Assembly: GCA_951812955.1 (NCBI GenBank)
Contig: OX638340.1
Coordinates: forward strand, 2,400,001-2,464,000
Length of the DNA: 64,000 nt
Direction: 5' to 3'
Source: an uncultured Gemmatimonadota bacterium
GTDB taxonomy: Bacteria > JAAXHH01
The notes beneath the pieces are model-generated. The model was not told the DNA's origin. It saw only the letters and a program-made list of their open reading frames with translations, and ran no database searches. Within the stretch, counting starts at the first letter, position 1. Each line of letters opens with the position of its first letter. Of this stretch, positions 20,638-28,483 are shown one piece after another. A program made the position numbers and the translations under genes.

Positions 20638-21477
20638 TCATTCCTCGTACAACACTGGACAATACGCGGGATCGTCCAGGTGCTGCACGTAGTAGTCTTC
20701 GCGGCCCTCCACCGGACGTGCCTTTTCGGTCCGCATGTGGAAGGCGAAGCTTCGGCGCGGCGCGTCCGATACATTGGGCCCGCTGGCGTGGTAGGTGTGA
20801 CGGTCGTGGAAACTGACCGCGCCGGGCGGCAGAACCACCTCAACTTCCTCCCAATCTTCCCCCTCGGGCACGGGGATCTCCTGCTGTTGGGCTTCGTGAT
20901 CGTGTCCGAAGAAGTCGCCGCTGTCCAGCAGGCCCCACCGGTGCGAGCCCCGCAGGAACCGCATCGGTCCGGATTCAGCGGTCACGTTGCTCACGGCAAC
21001 CCAGGCCGTGAACAACTCGCCGTCCAGGTACCTCCAGTACTGCTTGTCCTGGTGCCATCCGACATTGCCTGCCACCTCGCCGCCGGCTGGCTTGAAGAGC
21101 ATCTGGGACGCCCAGAGCTGGACACGTTTCGCGCCAAGCAACTCCGCCGCCCAGCGCCCGATTTCCGGATGGGAGGCCAGTTCGTAGATGGCCCGGTTCG
21201 ACAGGTGCGCCTGGTCGATCTTCCGGATGCGCTTCGGGTCGTCGCCGGGATTCCACGATCGGCGGGGTGGTTCACCGGTTTCGTACGTGCCATCCATGAC
21301 CGCGTCCATGGCGGTCGTCACCCGTTCGATCAGGTCGGCCGGGATGATGGGCGTCGACAGGAAGAAGCCGTCTCGGCGGTAGTGTTCCCGGGCGGACGGG
21401 GGGATGGACACTTTCGGAATAGAAATCGTCATCTGGTCCTCGTCAATCCGGCTGTCGCTCATTCGGTCCTCGCTCAT
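20638..21477 (-). CDS. phytanoyl-CoA dioxygenase (PhyH) family Fe(II)/2-oxoglutarate oxygenase
   Basis: 279 aa; WHQDKQYW (H-x-D iron ligands) and distal H in RGSHRWG; typical PhyH length. Confidence 0.75.
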   Translation of the reverse strand: MSEDRMSDSRIDEDQMTISIPKVSIPPSAREHYRRDGFFLSTPIIPADLIERVTTAMDAVMDGTYETGEPPRRSWNPGDDPKRIRKIDQAHLSNRAIYELASHPEIGRWAAELLGAKRVQLWASQMLFKPAGGEVAGNVGWHQDKQYWRYLDGELFTAWVAVSNVTAESGPMRFLRGSHRWGLLDSGDFFGHDHEAQQQEIPVPEGEDWEEVEVVLPPGAVSFHDRHTYHASGPNVSDAPRRSFAFHMRTEKARPVEGREDYYVQHLDDPAYCPVLYEE

Positions 21478-21484
21478 CCTAACC

Positions 21485-22927
21485 TCACGCGTCCGGCAAC
21501 GCGCTCTTGTACGTCGCGCCGCCGCGCGCCTCGTAGAATTCCTCGTTGGCCCGGGCGAGCAGGTCCGGGTTCCGCAGCAGGTCCAGCCCCGTCAGCGCCA
21601 TGGCCTTGGCGGCGAAGAGCATGCCCCTGTTGCCGATACTCGATCCGGAGGAGGCCACCATCTGCCAGCTGTGGGCGGGCGTGCCCAGGGGCCAGCAGCA
21701 GGTCGTGATCTGCCCGGTGGGCGTGATCCAGCTCACGTCGCCCACGTCCGTCGACCCCTCCACGCCCGGCGGGGTGTCGTTATGGGGAAGCACCTGCGTC
21801 CACAGCGGGTTCTCGATGCTCTCTTCGATGGAGTTTCTCTCCGTTGACTTCTCCATCCGTTCGTAGGCCATCTGGACGGCGTTCTCCGGGAACGTGGCCT
21901 GCAGCTGGCGGGCGAAGCGCCGCTCGTCAGCAGTGAAGGCTAGGTCGTTCACCACCTGCATCTTCGCCAGCATCAGGTCGGAGAGCGTATCGTTCGGTAG
22001 GACGTCGTAACAGCCCGCGATGAACTCGATCTCGTGGGTGGTGCCGCTCATCAGGGCCGCGCCCCGGGCGATGTCGAGCACGCGCTCGTACATCTCGTCC
22101 ACCTCGGAGCGTTTCGGCGACCGGATGTAGTACCAGACCTGGGCGAATGCAGGCACCACGTTCGGCGCCTCACCGCCGCTCGTCACCACGCTGTGGATGC
22201 GAGCCTCCGAAATCACGTGCTCCCTGAGGTAGTTCATGCCCACGTCCATGAGCATGACGCCGTCCAGCGCGCTGCGCCCGAGGTATGGCGCCGCGGCCGC
22301 GTGGGAGGCCACGCCGTGGAAGTTGACCTTGAAGGAGTTCAGGGCCAGAGAGGACCCGTTCCAGACCAGGTTCGTGCTGCCGGGATGCCAGGTGATGGCG
22401 GTGTCGAGGTCGTCAAAGACTCCGGCGCGGGCCATCAGTACCTTGCCCACCACCTGCTCCTCCGCCGGGCAACCATAGTACCGGATGGTGCCGGCGATAC
22501 CGTCCCGCTCCATCGCCCGCTTAAGCGCCATTACCGAACCCATGCAGGCTGTGCCGTACAGATTATGCCCGCAACCATGGCCGGGTCCACCCGGCTCGAT
22601 CACCTCCTTCTCCGCGGACACTGTCTGCGACAGGCCCGGCAGGGCGTCGTATTCGCCGAGGTAGCCGATGATCGGGCCGCCCGAGCCCCACGTGGCGATA
22701 AAGGCCGTGTCCATCCCGCCAGCGCCCCACTCGATGGAGAAGCCATCCGCCTCCAGTTCCTTTGCCTGCAGCTCCGACGCGTAGGTCTCCTGCAGGGCGA
22801 TCTGCGGATGGTCCCAGATGTCCTTCGCGATCCGGGACAGGCTGTCGTCCTGGTCGTTGACGTAATCGATGATTAACTTTTCCGAACTCATGTGCGTGCT
22901 TCTCCGGTTGATTTGCGCGGTATTCAA
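21485..22927 (-). CDS. M20-family amidohydrolase (AbgB / aminobenzoyl-glutamate utilisation protein B-like)
   Basis: 480 aa; metal-ligand blocks GHGCGHNL, GCPAEE, and overall AbgB-like layout; likely true start MSSEKLI at about 22891. Confidence 0.75.
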   Translation of the reverse strand: MNTAQINRRSTHMSSEKLIIDYVNDQDDSLSRIAKDIWDHPQIALQETYASELQAKELEADGFSIEWGAGGMDTAFIATWGSGGPIIGYLGEYDALPGLSQTVSAEKEVIEPGGPGHGCGHNLYGTACMGSVMALKRAMERDGIAGTIRYYGCPAEEQVVGKVLMARAGVFDDLDTAITWHPGSTNLVWNGSSLALNSFKVNFHGVASHAAAAPYLGRSALDGVMLMDVGMNYLREHVISEARIHSVVTSGGEAPNVVPAFAQVWYYIRSPKRSEVDEMYERVLDIARGAALMSGTTHEIEFIAGCYDVLPNDTLSDLMLAKMQVVNDLAFTADERRFARQLQATFPENAVQMAYERMEKSTERNSIEESIENPLWTQVLPHNDTPPGVEGSTDVGDVSWITPTGQITTCCWPLGTPAHSWQMVASSGSSIGNRGMLFAAKAMALTGLDLLRNPDLLARANEEFYEARGGATYKSALPDA

Positions 22928-23157
22928 AGGGTATTCGGTATTTGGGATGTCGATGCGGAATACAGTGGTATATTATAACGGTCACCCGAAGCACATGCAA
23001 CGTAGATGCAACGTAGATGCTGAAGTGTAGACATATTGAAGATACGGACACTGTAGCATAGAAACACTGTAAATACGGCTGCGGAGTTTCTGACGGGCAC
23101 CGGGGTACCACCCTACCATCAGCGCATCAGGAACCATCCAGGGAGCGTACCGCCACC

Positions 23158-24000
23158 ATGCGCCAGTTCGACCGGAAATTCGGCGAAAGGCTCATCGAGA
23201 ATTCTCCCATGACACCTGCGGTATACCTGTTCAAGGACGGGCAGGGCTCGGTGATCTACGTCGGCAAGGCCGGGAACATCCGCCGGCGCCTCCAGCAGTA
23301 CCGCAACGCCTCTCGGCGCAAGGTGCACCGCAAGATGCGGACGCTGGTCCGAGAGGCGAGCGCTCTCGAGATCATCCCTCAGGAATCCGAACGCGAAGCC
23401 CTGTTGCTCGAGAACGAACTGATCCGCAAGCTGCGGCCGCCGTACAACGAGGACGGCACGTGGGATTTTCTATATCCGGCACTCGGAATCGGCGGCACCG
23501 AAAAACAGGTACTGATTTGCTTCACAACCCACGTGGACGCGTGGAAAAGCCTGGACCTGAGGTGGTACGGCGTGTTCAAATCGCGGCGGCGGGCGCTGGC
23601 CGCATTCGATGCGCTGGTCTACCTCCTGCGGCTGATCGGACATATCGAACCGGTGCGGTATCTTCCGCCCCACGAACGGATCCGGGGTTCCCGCCTCACC
23701 GGTTTCCGCCAATTGGCGCCCGAAGTCGTTTCCGCGCTGGACCGCTTCCTGTCCGGAGTCGGCCCCGAAGCGCTCCTACCCCTGACCCACGGTCTGCTGG
23801 AAAAACCCGCCGCCCGCCACGACGCATCGGAAGTCCAGCGGAACATCCGCATGCTCGCGCACTTCCACGAAAGGGACCTCGCGCCCCTGCGCGCGGCCAT
23901 GCGTTCTGCGGGGCGGCCGGGCTCCTTCGTGTCCCAGGCCGAGCGCGACGCGCTGTTCCTGGCCACGGACGAGCGGATCGGCAATGAGGCGGATCCCTGA
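23158..24000 (+). CDS. GIY-YIG nuclease, Cho/UvrC-N-terminal-like excinuclease
   Basis: 280 aa; GIY-YIG core AVYLFKDGQGSVIYVGKAGNIRRRLQQY ... ENELIRKLRPPYN; size matches Cho rather than full-length UvrC. Confidence 0.65.
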   Translation: MRQFDRKFGERLIENSPMTPAVYLFKDGQGSVIYVGKAGNIRRRLQQYRNASRRKVHRKMRTLVREASALEIIPQESEREALLLENELIRKLRPPYNEDGTWDFLYPALGIGGTEKQVLICFTTHVDAWKSLDLRWYGVFKSRRRALAAFDALVYLLRLIGHIEPVRYLPPHERIRGSRLTGFRQLAPEVVSALDRFLSGVGPEALLPLTHGLLEKPAARHDASEVQRNIRMLAHFHERDLAPLRAAMRSAGRPGSFVSQAERDALFLATDERIGNEADP

Positions 24001-24111
24001 CCTCGCCGCCGGCAAAGATTCCGCAAATTCGAAGTAAGTAAATAACCATCAGTAAGGAGTTTTAGAAATAGTAATTTCTATTGACAATAGTAAGGGTTTT
24101 CTTGTAGAGTA

Positions 24112-24381
24112 ATGATATTGTCCGATGACCATGGGAGACATACGACCGTGATTGAATCCGGCATCACGAGCAAAGGGCAGACCACGGTGCCCAAGTTGGT
24201 ACGGGAAGCGCTTGGTCTGGAGTCCGGCGACAGGGTGCGATACGTGATTGATGACCAGGAAGTGCGCATGCTGCCCGTACGTCCGATCGGCAGGCTGTTT
24301 GGCGTACTCAGACATTGTGGCCCACCCGTCACCATCGACGAGATGGAACAGGCCGTTGCCCGCGGAGCCGTCGACCAATGA
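24112..24381 (+). CDS. vapB: AbrB/SpoVT-fold antitoxin (VapB-like)
   Basis: ITSKGQTTVPKLVREALGLESGDRVRYVIDD swapped-hairpin motif; overlaps downstream PIN gene. Confidence 0.6.
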   Translation: MILSDDHGRHTTVIESGITSKGQTTVPKLVREALGLESGDRVRYVIDDQEVRMLPVRPIGRLFGVLRHCGPPVTIDEMEQAVARGAVDQ

Positions 24382-24770
24382 TCGCGCTGGATACCAATGT
24401 CCTGGTCCGGTTTCTCGTGCGCGATGACGAGTCGCAGGCTGCGTCCGCCCGGACTATGCTGGCATCGTGCTCGGCAGAAAAACCCGGATTTGTCTGCCGC
24501 GAAGTCATCCTCGAACTCGTATGGGTCCTTGAACGGGCATACAGCTTCCCTCGCGAACAGATTGCCGACGTACTGGAGCAACTGGTCTCGACCGAGGAAC
24601 TGGTGGTGGAGGCCGCCGCCGATGTTGCGCGCGCTGCATTCAAATACGGAACGGGTGAAGCGGGATTCTCCGACCTGATGATTCTGGCAGCTGCCGAAAG
24701 ATCGCACGCACTGCCCGTGTACACCTTTGACCAAAAGGCCGCGCGGGCCGAAGGTGTGCGTTTGCTGTAG
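24375..24770 (+). CDS. vapC: PIN-domain ribonuclease toxin (VapC)
   Basis: starts MIALDTNVLVRFL (first acidic PIN residue), about 131 aa, 4-bp overlap with antitoxin gene. Confidence 0.7.
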   Translation, partial: PMIALDTNVLVRFLVRDDESQAASARTMLASCSAEKPGFVCREVILELVWVLERAYSFPREQIADVLEQLVSTEELVVEAAADVARAAFKYGTGEAGFSDLMILAAAERSHALPVYTFDQKAARAEGVRLL

Positions 24771-24906
24771 GGAACGAATACTCACCCGTCCGATGTTTTA
24801 CCGAGTGACCAAATAGCTGAAACGAACCAGGGAAGATTGCCTGCTTACCATGAAGAAGCGCTGCTACTTAATCGAGGCATACGCTTCTTCTTAATCGAGA
24901 CATACC

Positions 24907-25764
24907 ATGTTTAAAAAAGTACTGCAGGATGTTTGGGCCTTCGACGCGGAATGGGTTCCCGATCCCGATGCGGGGCGTTTGCTCTACGACCTGCCGCCCG
25001 ACATGCCCGACCGCGAAGTCGTCCAGGAAATGTGGCGCATGAACGGAGCCACGGTAGAAATGCCGCGACCTTTTCTCAAGTATGCCATGAGCCGCCTGGT
25101 GTCCATCGCCATGGTGACCAGAACCCAGGGCCCGGATGGAAACGTATCGCTCGACCTGCGGGTGCAGCCCAGGAATCCGGAAAACCCCGATGACTGTGAC
25201 GAAGCCACGATTCTGTCCCGTTTCCTGGAAAGCGTGGGCCGGCGCCAGCCCCAGCTCGTAGGCTTTAATTCCTCTGGATCGGACCTGCCGATCATGATTC
25301 AGCGGGGGATCATCAAGGGCGTCACCGCGGCCGGGTTCTGCAAGCGGCCGGACAAACCCTGGGAGGGTTACGACTACTTCTCCCGCGCCAGCGATTGGAA
25401 CGTGGACCTGATGACGGCAATCGGGGATTGGGGCAAGGCGCGGCCGTCATTGAAGGAGATGGCCGTACTGTCAGGCATACCTGGGAAGATGGGCGGTTTC
25501 GACGGCGACAGCGTTGCCGAGGCCTGGCTTGACGGAGACATCCGGAGGATCGCCCAGTACAACCAGCACGACGCTGTGACGACCTACCTTGTCTGGCTGC
25601 GCATCGCCCACTTCGCGGGCTTCTTCGACGACGTTCAGTACCGAGACGAACACGCTCTGGTGCGATCGATGCTCAAAGAGAAGGCGCAGTCACCAGAGAA
25701 CCAGCACCTGGCCGAATATGTGCAGGAATGGGACCGGCTCACGGGGATGATCGGGGAAGGGTAG
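24907..25764 (+). CDS. predicted 3'-5' exonuclease related to the PolB exonuclease domain (COG3298-like, DEDDy)
   Basis: 285 aa; Exo I WAFDAEW, Exo II GFNSSGSDLPIM, Exo III YNQHDAVTTY (YxxxD). Confidence 0.6.
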   Translation: MFKKVLQDVWAFDAEWVPDPDAGRLLYDLPPDMPDREVVQEMWRMNGATVEMPRPFLKYAMSRLVSIAMVTRTQGPDGNVSLDLRVQPRNPENPDDCDEATILSRFLESVGRRQPQLVGFNSSGSDLPIMIQRGIIKGVTAAGFCKRPDKPWEGYDYFSRASDWNVDLMTAIGDWGKARPSLKEMAVLSGIPGKMGGFDGDSVAEAWLDGDIRRIAQYNQHDAVTTYLVWLRIAHFAGFFDDVQYRDEHALVRSMLKEKAQSPENQHLAEYVQEWDRLTGMIGEG

Positions 25765-25837
25765 GGGATGAGAGCCCCGATCAGATGAAGGATTGCTCAA
25801 CCTGTTGGGTATGGTTTTCGATCCCGTGTTTACCAAC

Positions 25838-26284
25838 TCATATATACATTTCCATGCACCACGTCTCGAACCCATGGCTCCGGTAGAACTTGAGCACACC
25901 GTCCAGGTCTTTTGTCGCGGAATGCACGCGGAACCGCCGAATGCCATTCCGACCGGCAATCTCCTTCATGCGTTCAACCAGCTTGCCCCCGACTCCGGCG
26001 CTTCGGTAGGGTTTTCTGACATACAGATCGTATATTTCCATATGCCGCTCACCTTCTTCGAATACACACAGGTCGCGGCTGACGTGGACCTCGCCGCGGC
26101 TGTACCCGATGATTTCGTCATCGACGACAGCCACGAGCAAATAGGGTCCCAGGGCTTCCCTGATTTCGTCCGGCGAACTGGGTCCGAAGCCGTATGTTAC
26201 CCCTTCGGATTCCCAGTCCAGGTCCAGTTGATGAACGGCTTCCACGTCACCGGGTTCGCATTCGCGTATGATCAGGTTGTTCAT
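25838..26284 (-). CDS. GNAT-family N-acetyltransferase
   Basis: 148 aa; acetyl-CoA binding block VRKPYRSAGVGGKLVERM and GNAT topology. Confidence 0.85.
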   Translation of the reverse strand: MNNLIIRECEPGDVEAVHQLDLDWESEGVTYGFGPSSPDEIREALGPYLLVAVVDDEIIGYSRGEVHVSRDLCVFEEGERHMEIYDLYVRKPYRSAGVGGKLVERMKEIAGRNGIRRFRVHSATKDLDGVLKFYRSHGFETWCMEMYI

Positions 26285-26496
26285 TTGAGCGCCTTTGGTT
26301 TACGTATTGTGGATTAAAATCCCTCGAAACCTTAGTTGCCGCAGTACCTTTGGAGTCCGGCTTTACCACGGAATCCGCAACGCCTGCAACTTGCGGATCC
26401 TTGCTCTCGCTTCGTTCCGCGTATAATAATGTACTATGAGCTATATGAAATCCAGTTGTTAAACATCGTGAAATTGAAGGTAAAAGGTAGCGCCAG

Positions 26497-26823
26497 ATGC
26501 GAGATGATGGACTTGCAGGTAGGATACGTCCTTTGCTTTCACAGCTTCCGGGTTACTCAGAGAAATACATGTTCGGCGGCGTCTGCTTCATGATCAACGG
26601 CAACATGTGCGCGGGAACATGGAAGGACTCGCTGATCGTACGGCTCGAACGGGATAAGCACGACGAGACGCTGGCCGAACCGCACACGAAACCCGCCGAC
26701 ATCGCGGGTCGGGCCATGAGAGGATGGGCACTTGTGGAACCGGAAGGGATCGCGAGTGAGGATGACCTGGAAACGTGGGTAGCCCGCGCCGCCGATTACG
26801 CCGGTTCTCTGCCGGCGAAGTAG
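26497..26823 (+). CDS. TfoX N-terminal domain protein
   Basis: 108 aa; KYMFGGVCFMINGNMCAGTWKDSLIVRL matches TfoX_N core; TATAAT-like -10 element about 40 bp upstream. Confidence 0.6.
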   Translation: MRDDGLAGRIRPLLSQLPGYSEKYMFGGVCFMINGNMCAGTWKDSLIVRLERDKHDETLAEPHTKPADIAGRAMRGWALVEPEGIASEDDLETWVARAADYAGSLPAK

Positions 26824-26907
26824 GCGAATCGGTACCGGCCATTTTCAGGTTCGAATGGATGAAGATTGCTGGTCCGCGTGGCGGCTGTTAGCAAGTCCAG
26901 GTTGCGG

Positions 26908-26945
26908 CTGATTGCAAGTTTTTAACCGTCCAAGTGCAAGTTTGA
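26908..26945. repeat. about 38-bp element GGCTGATTGCAAGTTTnnAAyCGTCCAAGTGCAAGTT, copy overlapping the 3' end of the ATPase gene
   Basis: direct repeat of the element found upstream of the same gene at 28351-28433. Confidence 0.8.
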
Positions 26946-28319
26946 GGCGGTTTCTACCGGATTCTCCCAAAGCAAACTGACCGGCGCAACCGTCAGTCCT
27001 TCTCCAAAACTCCAACACTTTTCTCCGTCATAAAGCACCACGCCGCCGGCGAACCGGTCACCAGCTGCATCCTTCAGCTTGCGCAATCCGTGGAAATCCG
27101 AAGCGCGTACAGTACTTGACGCTTTCACTTCCACACCCGCAACGGCCATTGTCCCCTTCTCGATCACCAGGTCTACCTCAACCTTGTCCTTGTCCCGATA
27201 GTGATAAAATGTCAGCGTATCATCAGACCAACTGGCCTGTCGTTTTAACTCTTGAAACACGAATGATTCCAGATACTGTCCGAATAGATCCCGATCTTTC
27301 TTCAGCGCCTCGCTGCTCGCACCGATCACGGCGCATCCGATTCCCGTGTCGCAGACATGCAGCTTCGGTGCCTTGACCATTCTCTTCAATCGATTGTTCT
27401 GCCATGCGGGTATCCGTTCCAGCAGGAAGATTCTTTCAAGGATCTCTACATACTTACCTATGGTCGGTCGGCTGAGGCTAAAGGTGGAGGACATGTCCTG
27501 AAGATTGTACAACCTTGCTGTTTGAGTCGCTGCAACAGAGAGGAGTCGAATCATGGCTCCATGATCACTTATCTTGGCTATGTCACGTACATCCCTTTGA
27601 AGTTGTGTTTCAACATAGTTCAGGTACCAATTGCGTCTTCTACCCTCGGTTGAGCGAGCCAACGCGGCCGGGAATCCTCCAGCTACGATTCTATCGGCCA
27701 GTCGGTCCGACGCTCCGGCCAACTCTGGCGCTTTAAGATCACCAGAAAACAATCGATCAAGAAAGGTGGGATGCTGACCCGACAGTTCACACTGGGCCAG
27801 TGGGTGGAGTCTGATGATCTCCAGCCGCCCCGCAAGAGAATCCGATACTCGTGGCACGAGCAGTACCTGCGATGATCCCGTTAGCAGAAACCGGCCGGGA
27901 ATCCGATCACGGTCGATCGCCATTTTCAAAGCGGTGAATATGGAAGGCGCCCGCTGAACCTCATCCAGAATTACTCTGCCAGGCAAATCGTTAACGAAGC
28001 CTATTGGATCTCTTTCCGCGGCTTCGCGTGCTGTTTCATCGTCAAAGGTAATGTAGTTGGCACCGCCCCATTCAATGACCGTTTCGCCGCCCCATACTAT
28101 GGTTTGCGACGGATTCATCATTCTCGCCAAGGTGGTCTTGCCACACTGTCTCGGACCGTGGATCAGGACGGCCGGCGAATCGGCAAGCGCCTCTTTCAGT
28201 GGGTGTTCCGCGTAACGCGGATAGAGTTTGGTCTCGGATGTCATTTTCGTAACGGGCTTTCGAGTAAGTTCCGTTCCTGATCGCATTGTACTGAGTGGTA
28301 CGTTCAATTCTTCTACCAT
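26922..28319 (-). CDS. AAA+ ATPase of the COG1373 / DUF4143 family
   Basis: 465 aa; Walker A AVLIHGPRQCGKTTLARM, Walker B VILDEVQ, C-terminal DUF4143-like region. Confidence 0.75.
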   Translation of the reverse strand: MVEELNVPLSTMRSGTELTRKPVTKMTSETKLYPRYAEHPLKEALADSPAVLIHGPRQCGKTTLARMMNPSQTIVWGGETVIEWGGANYITFDDETAREAAERDPIGFVNDLPGRVILDEVQRAPSIFTALKMAIDRDRIPGRFLLTGSSQVLLVPRVSDSLAGRLEIIRLHPLAQCELSGQHPTFLDRLFSGDLKAPELAGASDRLADRIVAGGFPAALARSTEGRRRNWYLNYVETQLQRDVRDIAKISDHGAMIRLLSVAATQTARLYNLQDMSSTFSLSRPTIGKYVEILERIFLLERIPAWQNNRLKRMVKAPKLHVCDTGIGCAVIGASSEALKKDRDLFGQYLESFVFQELKRQASWSDDTLTFYHYRDKDKVEVDLVIEKGTMAVAGVEVKASSTVRASDFHGLRKLKDAAGDRFAGGVVLYDGEKCWSFGEGLTVAPVSLLWENPVETASNLHLDG

Positions 28320-28350
28320 GGCTTCCTGTTGTAAAATCTAATCCTTTCAT

Positions 28351-28433
28351 CGGCTGATTGCAAGTTTATAATCGTCCAAGTGCAAGTTATCACCCGTCCA
28401 ATTGCAAGTTTAATTGCCGTCCAAGTGCAAGTT
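28351..28433. repeat. three tandem copies of the GTCCAAGTGCAAGTT-containing element in the dnaE2/ATPase intergenic region
   Basis: ggctgattgcaagtttataatcgtccaagtgcaagtt / ccgtccaattgcaagttt / gccgtccaagtgcaagtt. Confidence 0.8.
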
Positions 28434-28483
28434 ATCGATCAGTAACATGTTGAAATCATATCATTTAACCATTTATAATCTCC

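Noticed and set aside
23041-23100. CTGT-containing repeats upstream of the Cho-like gene as an E. coli-type SOS box
   Set aside because: Elements are direct (ACACTGTA x2), not CTGT-n8-ACAG inverted, and differ from the palindrome upstream of lexA in this same window
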